Origin: Octopus vulgaris
Taxonomy: Eukaryota
DNA length: 64,000 nucleotides
Reading direction: 5' to 3'
Assembly (NCBI GenBank): GCA_951406725.2
Contig: OX597814.1
Coordinates: 145,948,001 to 146,012,000 of the forward strand
The position numbers were made by a program, and so were the translations under genes. Shown here one piece after another: positions 26,501 to 39,183 of the stretch (position 1 is its first letter; each line of letters opens with the position of its first letter). The notes under the pieces are model-generated. The model was not told where the DNA came from. It saw nothing but the letters and a program-made list of their open reading frames with translations, and ran no database searches.

Positions 26501-27046
26501 ATGTATAAATATATAAAATATGACAGTTTAAAATTTAATAGTTTAAAGTTAAGTAGTTAATGCATCGTTTCACAAAGGTATTTCACGATCGTTTCACGAA
26601 GGTATTGTCTTTAAAATGGAATTCAAGATTGATAAACATTGATAGATAATACTTTCGCCTTGGAATGCAGGACTATATACCGGATATATATTATACAAAA
26701 TTATTATGGATTACTGCGGAGGATTTACCAAGGATGCATATACAGACTTTAAGAATTTCATACTAAAATGTATTTACCAAAATCAAAACCAGTAACTTTT
26801 AATTTATATTTCAAACAAACACCATTATATATTCCTTCACATTTTTAAACTATACGATTCGATTGATGATGCAAACTTCACCTTTTTTATCTCTGAGGAG
26901 CGTAGGTATTGCCTATCAATGTTTATTAATCTTGAATTTCATTATAAAGACAATACGTTTGCGAAACTACCGTAACATACATTAAATACTTAACTTTAAA
27001 CAATTAAATTTTAAGCTGTCATATTTTACATATTTATACACATTTA
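26497..27046 (+). mobile_element. Foldback element with decayed long-stem-II hammerhead (PLE inverted pLTR remnant)
   Basis: Inverted arms ~26497-26652 vs ~26906-27046. CTGAGGA at 26893, GC..GTATTG/CAATAC..GC stem, GAAA at 26963; the opposite arm keeps the cgatcg stem-III palindrome. Confidence 0.55.
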
Positions 27047-27073
27047 CATACATACATACATACATACATTCAT

Positions 27074-27128
<55 letters not shown>

Positions 27129-27130
<2 letters not shown>

Positions 27131-27257
27131 GGGAGTCCCCAAAAAATGTATACACCCAGTGGTTCGGCAAAAGAGAACGATAGAATAAGTACTAGGCTTA
27201 CAAAGAATAAAAATTTACAATTATTTAAGGTGTGTATACATTTTTTGGGACACCCTG
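27129..27257. mobile_element. Tc1/mariner-type MITE carrying a SINE fragment
   Basis: TA|cagggagtccccaaaaaatgtatacac ... gtgtatacattttttgggacaccctg|TA; interior 27158-27210 matches SINE family A. Confidence 0.8.
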
Positions 27258-27817
27258 TATATATGTATATATATATTATTTAATACAATATTATTTTACA
27301 CATATATTTCTTTGTGAAGAGTTTTTTTTATATTGATTTCCTGCTATTTTTTCACAATATAATATATATTATTTATAATCGCTCGTATTAAATGTCTAAA
27401 TACTTTAATAGTATTAATACTTTGACACTTATCTACAAAGAGTATTCACTTTAAATTCAGTATATCGTATTATCATAGATTATATTTAATTAAAGATATA
27501 TGTGCGTGTGTGTGTGTGTGTGAATGTGTGTGTGTGTGTATAATAAATCATCACGCAGCCTTTTGGTTGATCTGGGGCTTTAGTGTTCCTACTGGTATCA
27601 CTTGAGATAAAACTCCACAAAATTTTGATTTTACGTGCGAGAAATGGAAAATAATTTATCTGAGGAATACAGTGTAAGAAAATGTTCGCATGCCTGTAAA
27701 GCTTTGTTGTGTGTCATAAAGCTGTAATACAGTGATTTACATGTCTCCTGCAAAGCCTAATAGATCGAAAACTATGAACGTCAAACATATAAATTTATTT
27801 ACATACATATATATATG

Positions 27818-27898
<81 letters not shown>

Positions 27899-27972
27899 GT
27901 ATACACACACACATATATATATATAGAGAGAGTGAGAGATTATGAGGTTAGGGATATGTTTATTCATATATA

Positions 27973-28020
<48 letters not shown>

Positions 28021-28110
28021 AAATATATGATAAATGAAATATATATATAAATATATATATGATACATGATAAATATATATATATATATATATAAATATAT
28101 ATATGATACA

Positions 28111-28189
<79 letters not shown>

Positions 28190-28530
28190 GGTGCAGGATG
28201 CTTCCAGTACTAAACAACAAATACGAAAACAAATGAGTTACGCAAATAACGAGAGAAAGAGGACATGTAATATAAAGAATGACCCTTCATCCGTTGTCGG
28301 CTGTCTACCTACTCCCCATTTCAAGCAATCAGTGACAATATGAGTCTCCAAAGACCATTGCTCCCATATAACTGAAATAAAATTTTGTATTTATGGGGAG
28401 TCAAGCTTAGGAAAAGAAACAGGACAGTTGAGACATGCAATAAAACCGAACGATAACATGGAATTTCCATATACCGGAACGAAGGGAAAATAGTGAACAC
28501 TGAGAGACATATTTTCTTTGCAAAGTGAAG
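28190..28530 (-). mobile_element. Possible PLE 3' fragment between microsatellites
   Basis: Unique island in (TA)n/(TG)n; reverse complement has caaCGGATGAAGGG resembling a decayed pLTR hammerhead start. Weak. Confidence 0.3.
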
Positions 28531-28591
<61 letters not shown>

Positions 28592-28684
28592 CAGACATTC
28601 CTATAAACACGTATGTTAATGTACATGCTCTTTTTCTCTTTGTATATCTGGATCTACCAGATTATTCACAGTTTATTTAAAATA

Positions 28685-29080
28685 TTCTTTTCTACTCTAT
28701 GCACAAGACACGAAATTTTTGAAGAGGGGTCAGTCGATTAGATCGACTCCAGTACACCACTTGCACTTAATATATCGACCCCGAAATGAGGAAAGGTAAA
28801 GTGTACCTCGGCAGAATTTGAACTCAGAACGTATAGACAGACGAAATACCTATTTCTCTACTACCCATAAGGGGCTAAACACAGAGAGGACAAACAAGGA
28901 CAGACAAATGGATTAAGTCGATTATATTGACCCGAGTGCGTAACTGGTACTTATATAATCGACCCCGAAAGGGTGAAAGGCAAAGTCGACGTCGGCTGAA
29001 TTTGAACTCAGAACGTAACAGCAGACGAAATACCACTAACCCTTTCGCCCGGCATGCTAACGTTTCTGCTATCTCGCCGA
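28685..29080 (-). mobile_element. SINE family C (Meta-domain-like), partial tandem dimer
   Basis: Two successive copies (28850-29080 and 28685-28850) of the reverse complement of tacgttctgagttcaaatt...gcctttcaccctttcggggtcgat...aagtaccag; same family as 57075-57285. Confidence 0.82.
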
Positions 29081-29785
29081 CTTAGTATTCAAAATCTTAT
29101 AATGCAAACAAGCGTGTTTCTTTTTGGCTGTACAGTCATTATTGTTTGAACTGTTATAATATGATTATAACGACACACACACACACGACAAAAACTCAAA
29201 CATATACACACCGTAATGGATGGGTGTTTGGTTGGGTACTTCCACATGCATGAATAAGATAGTGAAGGTATATATGCATTATATTAATACTCTGCATTCT
29301 ATCATACCAATCAAACTAAATGCATTAATCACGTTCTCTTCAGATCGAGAGGTTGAAAATTACTTCGAAGGAACAGTTATTTAAAAATTTAAAATAAATT
29401 TTTGAATTTCCTCATCTCCTAACTAAAGACCTTAAGTAGTTGGATAATGTTCAGCAACTCGTCGTATTTATTTTATGCTTATATATATATCAAGAAAAAA
29501 AGTATGCATAGACGCATGTGTATAGTATTTCAAGTAGATAAGATTGATTAAAATATATATATTTTTTAGTTTCGTTATTGTAGTTTTCCTCAAGCATGTT
29601 TCTATTTTGGTAATTATTTGTTGTCACATCGGATTTAAATTTACTTACAATGATTTACTCATTAATATATTTTCATATAATTTAGTATACGTAATATATA
29701 TATATATGTGTGTGTGTATGTGTGCGTGTTTGTGTGTGGTGTATGTTTGTGTACACCTAAATATACATACACAAATATATGTATT

Positions 29786-29836
<51 letters not shown>

Positions 29837-30606
29837 ATGTGTGTGTGTGAATATGTGTGTGTGTTGAAAGAAGGGATGAAAACGATCAAGGTGTCCATAA
29901 AATGTAATCAATCGTAATCAAAAGTAGATCCACTCAATTCATAACCAGTAATTAGTTTCAGTATAGAAGACCTTGACAAATAGGCAAGAACGATAACTTT
30001 ATTCGATTGATCGAACAACTTTCAGAGATGTAGTTACATCAAATAGATATATTATACTTTGATTTTCTAATAGGATGAACTACTAAGAAATAAATTTAAA
30101 TATTGGAAATGATAAAAGCTTTTATTTATTTACGTGATTTTTATCTCTAAATTTGTTTCAGAGTACTTTCGTTTGAAGATGCATAATTATTCTAAAATAA
30201 CTTAGAATAGATGCGCGCTACAAATAAATCGATATTTTTAATTTCAATATAAATATGATATTAAAATGTGTCATTTTACATAATGCCTAAGTTTTAACGA
30301 ATGGTGTCAATGATTTGCATCATGATTTGGTTAATGATTTATATATACTTAGTAACCAATTGATACACACAAAAGTTGATCATCGATAATTTATAGAAAT
30401 TAGTTCTCAATGAGAGCATACATTCATTCACAACTAATTCCATGCATATAAATATGCACGCATACTTAAACACACATAAACACACACACACACACACAGC
30501 CACACCTCACCCTCACCCAAAATTAGAATTATTCTTATGATGAGCTGGCTGAATCATTGGTAGATCACACAAAATACTTAGCAGTATTTCTTCCAGCTCT
30601 TTATGT

Positions 30607-30926
<320 letters not shown>

Positions 30927-33435
30927 TGGTAAATTACACATGATAAGAGAATAAAATTCTGTTGGAAAACGATTGTATAGTGAAGTACAGGAATAGCATA
31001 AGTGAAAATAATATTTATATCTATTCCAATATTTTCTGTAGACATTATTGTGTTTCTAATGGATGCATATTTATGTGTAAATAAACGGCTGCTACCGTCA
31101 ACGGTTTAACAAACAATCTCAGTGAATAAGTTATTCAATCACCCATATTGATACAACGTTATTTACTTCGTATGAAGTAACACTTTAAATTATCGGTGGT
31201 GACTTTCAGATTCTGGTTACATTGTTAGCAAATTATTACTTCATATCGTTAAAATTCACGTCTGCCGTTACAAGAAGTGTGCGAGATACAGTTGGTTGAA
31301 GTCCCTTGGGAAACATAAGTTCTTATGACGACACAAGTCCACAAAACTATTCCAGAGCTGGGTTTCTAAGAAACGAAGGACAAACTGATTTTCACATTAA
31401 AGAAAGCAATTGATAGGCACGTTCAGCTGCTAGACAAGCGATAGTGAAATCAGTTGGCGACTCTCTACTCTGAAGCATAAGAACATCTAGATTAACTGTA
31501 ACGAGAAAAAACATTTTATGAAAGCTGTTATTTGTTGATTACTAGTTGATCTGGAAGTGATTAAGCAGAAAGCTTCGTTCTCGATTCTAAAAGTTGATTA
31601 AACGTACGAGGTAATCATTTCTCTGACCATATCTTGGCGTAGACCTTATCGTCTTGTGATAATCAAGTGGAAGTGAATGGTCAGCATAGAGAAAGACGCT
31701 AAAAAACAAAATGGTGGCATCGTTACTATTAACTAATTGGGTAGTGTTGAAGGAGAAATGATGGAAGCAGATGTGAACCATCTTCGTACACCTCACCTAA
31801 CAGTAATAATTTTACTAATCATCATTATTTTATCTCTGGGTTTTGAAGTTTATAATGCAATGGGTCGCAAATATTGCAGCCCAAAAAAAAAAAAAAAACT
31901 AAATTGTTGCATATTTTTAGGATCCCTTTTATTCTGAAAGAATAGTCAGCCTATTGATACACAAAGTGGCGATAAGTGCACATTCGATTAAATTATTCCT
32001 TCTCTCGGATGGTGCGTAGTTTAATGACACCGGACTGATGCAATAAAATTAGACCTTGACAGGGCTTGAACTCAGGACTTGATTATTGCCCGAATGGACT
32101 TTCGTTGTTACTGTAACAATTCCACAAAATCAAAACATTTCCATTGATAACTAATGCATATTTCTGACATAAATACAAATTTTGGATGGATGTTATAACC
32201 GACTGAAAATTTCCTAATTCTTGTGTGGTACTTTACTGAGCTGGAGGGATGAAATACAAAGTTAATAACACCAAGAATGAAATATACAAAAAATATAAAA
32301 GAATTAGGGAACATTCGCAAATACTTCACCTGACGAATTAATATTTCTGACTATAACAGCTCCCTTTTAGAAAGAATTGTTGTTAACGTTGGCAAAATAT
32401 TGCAGTTTTAATTTTTTCAAGTGCTTACATTTTAAATTCGACCGAAGCAGAATGATATAAATATGTAGTTGGACGCCAGCATAGCGTTTTCTCCGATGCT
32501 CCACTGATTCCTCATACTTTAATTCAACTATGATAATTGTTGTACATCTTACATATTTACACGCCTTATATCTAAGAAGAAATTCATATTGCGATTAGAA
32601 GATTCAACGTACAAACATCATTTTATTCTTTGAAATTTCTCGACTAGTTCATATTAATTTGGGTTCTAACAAGCAAGTTGTTTCCATATTGTAATCAAAG
32701 TTAAAAAGCACAATGAAAGATTCTGAACAAATTATCTGATATTAATACGTTTGAGATATTTCCTCCTCAAAAGCACGTGATGTTATGATAAAAGAGACCG
32801 AAGAAATGAGCATAATTATTTACACATTTTCAATTTATATCATTGTTTTCCTGGTTAGAAATAATTTGGTTAAGGTCTAGTTAAAGTTAGGTATAGCTGA
32901 AACTTAATTTCCATATATTTCCATAAAATTTGAGCTGTAAATTAAATATTCCAAAATTAAATTAGATATGCATCAGTATTATGTTAAACACAACATCATT
33001 AAAAAAATTTTCAGTGAATGTATAAATGACATGCTTATATAGATACGCTCACACGCGCTCTCACACATACATTACAGGCACTGACTCATATACACACTAA
33101 CTTTCAGGCATATAAACAAGCATACCTTCATTTACAAATTAAAATCATACACACACGCTCACACAAATACACATGCACACTCATACATATGTGCCTGTAC
33201 ATATGCGCATATGAATAAAGATACACACACATGTATATGTAGTATATATATATATATATATATACACATATGTGTGAATGCATATGTAGAATATATGTAT
33301 GTGTATGTGTGTATATACATACATACATACACACAAACACACACACACACACACACGCATATATATATATATTACAAATATATGTAAATATCTATATGGA
33401 TATGCATGGATACAGGCACACACTCACACATACAT

Positions 33436-33472
<37 letters not shown>

Positions 33473-33500
33473 TATGTATGGCTATACACGCACAGACACA

Positions 33501-33535
<35 letters not shown>

Positions 33536-34674
33536 CTGCATATACTTGTTTGTTGAAAATATTAATCAGGAAGTCTCTATGAAATAGATAATGTCAGTAC
33601 AAGAAAAGAAACATAATTTAAACTTTAAATTCAACATCATGTAAATTTGTTTAACAACAAAAGCGAATATATGAGAGCAAGCGGTGTAGCTTAATTATGT
33701 TGTGGTGTTTATAGACAAAGATCTAAATCATAGCAACATCGACTAAAGAAACAAAACAAAACAAAAAAACATTCAGTACAAACAGAAATATATAGCAGCA
33801 TTGGAGTTGTTTTGAATTCACGCTAAATATATTCTTTCATTTTGTTTTTAAATCATTCAATTGTTTAGTCGCTGGGGAGACAGAGCAGCATAAATTACTC
33901 ATTTTCAAATGTACTGGGTGGGGTTGAAAAGTTATATTTCGGAGAAGGTTTGCTACTGATTAATCCTTTTCAAGATGCTAAAAGAGCAGGTGATAGTTAG
34001 GTTTACCAAAACAAAGCAAGTATAGTCTCTAAGACGACATACTATAGACTCCATGTAAAGAATTTCAATGAAATCTTATCGACTCGAGACAAATTTAGAT
34101 GACACATACTCAAGAATGAAGCAGAAGTCACTTAGGTAGGAACTCATGCCGGCATACTGTGCTTGTATCAAAAAGTTTATTCATTAAATGGTAGGTTTCT
34201 TATTTTCAGAATATGGTCAGCTGTGTGTATATATTGGGTTAAATGGATTTTATAAAGGTGGTCAACGATTCTATTAAAAATGTTTAGAAGAAATTTTTTT
34301 ACCGTTTACTTTATGGTTAAGTGTGTGTGTGTGTGCGCGCGCGCTTGTGTCTGTGTGCGTGTGTTGCTTGCGTTTGTTTTGTCTTTTGGGGGATATGTTG
34401 CTTTGGGGAAAGGATTATTTTTGTGTCAAACATTTCAATGAATTCAATAGCTGATTTTTCTATTCAGGATACGATCAGATGCGTGTGTGCGCACGTGCAT
34501 GTATTGTGATAAAAGTCCAAATAAATAAAAAATGAATTTAAGGATGTTTCTTTTCTTTCTTCCTTTGTAGTTGAAACTTTGAACAGGAAGAGTGCGAATT
34601 ACTAGGTCATGGATACACATACACACACACAGACACACACACACAAACACACACACACAAACACGCACACACAA

Positions 34675-34714
<40 letters not shown>

Positions 34715-34907
34715 ACACACACACTGGCAGATTATTTGTTCATGCCTATAAAATTTTATGTTTAACAGTAGAGCAAGACTCAAGAACTCACAGTAAAATG
34801 ATAATGTGAGTGTGTGTAAACTATAGATTCTTATCAATTGACTAAAGGTGGATGCGTCCGTATTCAATTGTGGTTTATATTTGTTAACGAATTTTTTATT
34901 CTTACAT

Positions 34908-35295
34908 GTAGGCGTAGGAGTGACTGTGTGGTAAGTACCTTGATTACAAACCATATGGTTCCAGGTTCAGTCCCACTGCGTGGCACCTTGGGCAAGTGTC
35001 TTCTACGATAGCCTCGGGCCGACCAAAGTATTGTGAGTGGATTTGGTAGACGGAAACTGAAAGAATCCTGTCGTATATATGTATATATATGTATATATGT
35101 ATGTCCCACCACTATTGCTTGACAACTGATGCTGGTGTGTTTACGTCCCCGTTACTTAGCGGTTTGGCGAAAGAGACCGATATAAGTACTAGGCTTACAA
35201 AGAATAAGTCTTGGGGTCAATTTGCTCGACTAAAAGGCGTTGCTCCAGCATGGCCACAGTCAAAATGACTGAAACAAGTAAAAGAGTAAAAGAGT
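34908..35295 (+). mobile_element. SINE family A, full length
   Basis: tRNA-like head with A/B-box-like motifs (tgactgtgtggt; ggttcagtccc), accttgggcaagtg CORE-like block, internal (TA)n, conserved tail ending in (aagtaaaag)n. Confidence 0.9.
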
Positions 35296-35365
35296 ATCTG
35301 TTTTTGATGTTGAATACATCCATTCCCGCTTAATCTTCAATTTGAGTGCTTAAGGAAATATGCCT

Positions 35366-35403
<38 letters not shown>

Positions 35404-35409
<6 letters not shown>

Positions 35410-35448
35410 GACTGCAGTTTCTGGGTATTGACCCGTCATCAGCACACG
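35404..35448 (-). ncRNA. Type I minimal hammerhead, antisense copy
   Basis: Reverse complement: cgtgtg-CTGATGA-cgggtcaataccca-GAAA-ctgcag-TC-tgtgtg; stem I is mostly G-U pairs. Confidence 0.6.
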
Positions 35449-35603
35449 ACAATCACGACATTGTCGTGCAGTTCCTGTTTATACCTCGTTCAGATATTTA
35501 TTATTGTTTGTATACACTTTTTCAAGATCAGTGACGAAAAGTTACTGGAAAAAGGATATAAATATTTGCATTGGGAGTCCTTTCATCGAAAACCGGTGAC
35601 TGT

Positions 35604-35648
35604 CGTGCGCTGATGACGGGTCAATACCCAGAAACTGCAGTCCGTGCG
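35604..35648 (+). ncRNA. Type I minimal hammerhead ribozyme
   Basis: CGTGCG-CTGATGA-c GGGT caat ACCC a-GAAA-CTGCAG-TC-CGTGCG. Intact core, 6-bp stem I, palindromic stem III, C.A mismatch closing stem II. Confidence 0.75.
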
Positions 35649-35869
35649 TATCACTGAGGTTGACGAGGGAAGGATGCCATCCCTTTGCAAATACCGATAG
35701 GGTACAGAAAGCGTGCCAATAGCCTGCCGGAGGAGATGTTCTCCTGGGTCTACAAGCTACCGTAACACTCACCCTTAGTGGTTAGCCATATTGAGATGGC
35801 AAATATACCTCACATTGTCGTGCAGTTACTGTTTATACCTCGTTCAGAGATTTATTATCGCATATATAT

Positions 35870-36420
35870 TGATAAAACCTAGCGGAAGGTGCATTTTCTC
35901 ACTCACAAAAGTGAATAGAGCATCGACCGAGAGGAACTGATGTCAATACATGGTATCCAGTGATCACGAGGTGTTTCGATCCTGAACCATAACATAATCC
36001 TGTTGGTGAGTCAGCAGAGGTGGCTAAATCATTGCTTCACATCTACTCCTGGCTTCCACCAAGGGCTGCAAGAGGCTCTTACAACTGCCTTTCATCTCTT
36101 CCACACTGTCATCCTTGTTTCTTTAACCTCTTCCGATCAAAGATGTGAGACAGCGTTGCAGAAACATGGCTAGTCGGACCCGGGTAGACAAATGGAGAGA
36201 TGGTGGAAGTCTAAGATGGCTAATAGAAACTAGAATGCTATTGGTCAAGGTATGATCTTATTAGAGATGAGATTATGCAACACCAATAGCAGCCCAGTTT
36301 CTTGTAGTAATCTCAGAATCCCTGTACCTCTCATGTTTGATACCTGAGCCCGACGAGCTAGGTTTTTGTAAGAAACCAGCAAAACTTTCAGTCGCACGGT
36401 GACAAATCAAACTTTTTTAA
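35870..36420 (+). mobile_element. Highly decayed PLE 3' remnant ending in a degenerate hammerhead (36345-36398)
   Basis: tgagc-CCGACGA-GCTaGGTTT ttgtaag AAACCAGC-AAAA-ctttcag-TC-gcacg; upstream traces VGES and TALQKH suggest GIY-YIG. Confidence 0.45.
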
Positions 36421-36486
36421 ATGATAATATATGTAACTCCTACTAAATATGTCATCATTGCCTCTTTCTTTCATTTGTCTACTCAC

Positions 36487-36572
<86 letters not shown>

Positions 36573-36835
36573 TAAGGATATTTAATCAGAATTTGGAAAA
36601 TTGTGGCCTTTGAAACATGTGTAGAATGTAATAAAAGGAATTCTGTACAATCTTCGTTCAACTCCATTTCTTCCATTCACTAATTATATTAAACTTCAAT
36701 TATCCGCACCAACGCACGGTTGCAACACCAAATGGTCTTATCTCCAACCGTGTTTTTTTCTGCTGTGATTTTCGCTACCCAGGTATCGGTTAAACTTTTG
36801 AATAATCTGTAACAAGAAAATTCATCTTTCCATTT

Positions 36836-36867
<32 letters not shown>

Positions 36868-36951
36868 GTGTCTGTGTGTGTGTGTATGTGTGTTTACCGA
36901 TTACACACACACACACACATACATACATATATATATATATATACATACAAC

Positions 36952-37480
36952 ATATTCTTAATATGAAATAGTGTACATTTAAACACAAGAGAAAACTACC
37001 TTTTAACAGGTAATTTTTACACGCTAGAAAAAACAGCCAATACGACCAAAACCACATTTAATAGCAATTTTGGAAGGAAATAAAAAATAAAACTTTTACC
37101 TTTGGCGGTTATATCTAGGTTTCAAATGTGGCTGCCGACTGAAACTGCGCTTGCGCGCTGAATTTGAAAAGGTTATAACATATATTAATGAGGCACGTGT
37201 TATTTTTCTCTAAATTATGAGTTAGTTGTTAAGGCCGGTTACCGATGAGAATTCGCCCAGCAAATTATCTTATTTGCTAAAGAAATTTGAAACCTATGTA
37301 TAACCGCAAAAAATAACAAATTTAATTTTTTTTTAATTTTTCATTTCCTTCGAAAATTGCTATTAAATGTGGTTTTGGTCGTTTTGGCTGCTTCTTCTAT
37401 CGTGTAAAAATTACTTGTTAAAGGGTATTTTTCTCTTGTGTTTAAATGTACACTGTTACGGTCATATGGCGTAAAGAATG
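36952..37480. mobile_element. Foldback/MITE with ~170-bp terminal inverted repeats
   Basis: gtgtacatttaaacacaagagaaaa...cgaccaaaaccacatttaatagcaatttt...taggtttcaaa (36971-37125) mirrored at 37286-37453. Superfamily not assignable. Confidence 0.8.
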
Positions 37481-37553
37481 TAAAGAATATATACATGTAA
37501 ATAATATATATATTTATATATGCATACACAAAAATCCTATATGTAGGTATGTA

Positions 37554-37596
<43 letters not shown>

Positions 37597-37733
37597 TACA
37601 CACACACAAAGATACACACACACACAAACACACACGCACAAATATAAAGCCGCTTTGTGGTCGGATTTTCCCTCTAGTTTATGCAGCAGTCTGCTGGTTC
37701 TGCAGCCGAAGGAAACTTCTTAACACTGAAGAA

Positions 37734-37766
<33 letters not shown>

Positions 37767-39140
37767 CAGGCATACGACAATGTCAGCAATTCTTTGTTTG
37801 CATAAATAAAATTTCTCATGCGAAACTTTGCCGAGTCAAAACATCAGCCAATCTTCTGCTGTTTTAGTGTCACTGATTTTTGTGATTTTTTCCAGTCTAA
37901 AGATTCACTAAATTATGTCAAACTTTTTTCACCTCTTTTCTAGAATCTACAGAATTGGACACTTCTGGCTTTTGATTTCATTTTTCAATATATCGTTTCT
38001 TCCCACCCATTATCTTACTTTTTAACACCTTTCCATCGTCGTATTGTTGTTTTCCTTTTGAAAGTCTTTTCAAGTGAAAGAAATATAATTTTTACTGTTA
38101 GGGAATTTTCATCTGACATTTAAAACTGTTTGAAATGAATGAACAAGTTTTCTTCTTGGAGAATGAACTTGATATGAGGAAGTTTTATCTGAAAGGATTT
38201 CTTTCGACGAGAATACATTTGTTTGAAGAAAGTCGTTACTCTGGTATATTTACAATCCAAATCAAAGTGAAGACTTATATACTGTTGAAGCACACGTAAA
38301 ATTGAAAGGAGATAAAATTATTGTTAATCATTCACGCAGCTTCTTATCTTATTCAAATCTATTCAGAGAATAGATTAAATTTCTGTTGTAAGTCGATGAA
38401 CTAAACAGAAACATTCCCAGGGTTTAGCAGATTCTGAATTTGTACTATCTGTGAAGCAACCTCCCACGAAGGGGATCATGTTGAGAAGTTTGCCTTTGTT
38501 CGTACACCCACACATGTATGTGCGTGAGTGTGTGTGCTGAGATATATGAGATGACGTAGTGCGGCCAAAGTGTTAATGAGTTCACATCACAGCCGCAGGC
38601 TCAAGGGTTCGATCACACATGCAGCAAAATGTGCAAATGTAATTTTATATGAACAGTTGTCGACCTACATTGTGACAGGAATTTGCTGTTGGGAAGGTGT
38701 ATAAACGTTCCCAGGAACGGTTGTATTTATAATGTAAACGTTCCAGTTTTCTGCTGCCCAGACATGCAAAAGATCTGACTGACGATTAAGCCTAACGGAA
38801 CAGAAGTGGAATACTCCGCCACTTACATGGTTATTCAATGAGCTACCAATTCACTTTGTCCTAAGATCCTAATCCCCATCGTTCAAATGCACCAAGAAAC
38901 ATCCACCCCACCATATGTATGTAAGTATATGTGCGTGTATATTTATATGTGTATGTATTTACATGCATACATGTATAAATCTCTATCTACATCTATCTAT
39001 CTCTGCCCCTCTCTAGCTCTGTGTTTATTTATATATATATATATATAAAATATTATTAGAGACAAAACCACTATTTTGCAAAACAAACAAGGAAAGACTT
39101 AATCAATACATAAAATTTTAATAAATAGTCAAAAAAACCG

Positions 39141-39183
39141 CCACTACAATCGTTTCTTGTCTTGATCGACAATCTTCAGGTGG
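39141..39183 (-). ncRNA. Type I minimal hammerhead ribozyme (inverted pLTR copy)
   Basis: Exact reverse complement of 48256-48298. Confidence 0.8.

Larger units (their letters stand above)
35402..35860 (+). mobile_element. Short PLE-derived element: inverted hammerhead pair plus direct pLTR-like repeat
   Basis: Inverted copy 35402-35451 vs 35601-35650; direct repeat acattgtcgtgcagtt.ctgtttatacctcgttcaga.atttattat at ~35458-35505 and ~35812-35858; TA-rich flanks. Confidence 0.72.
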
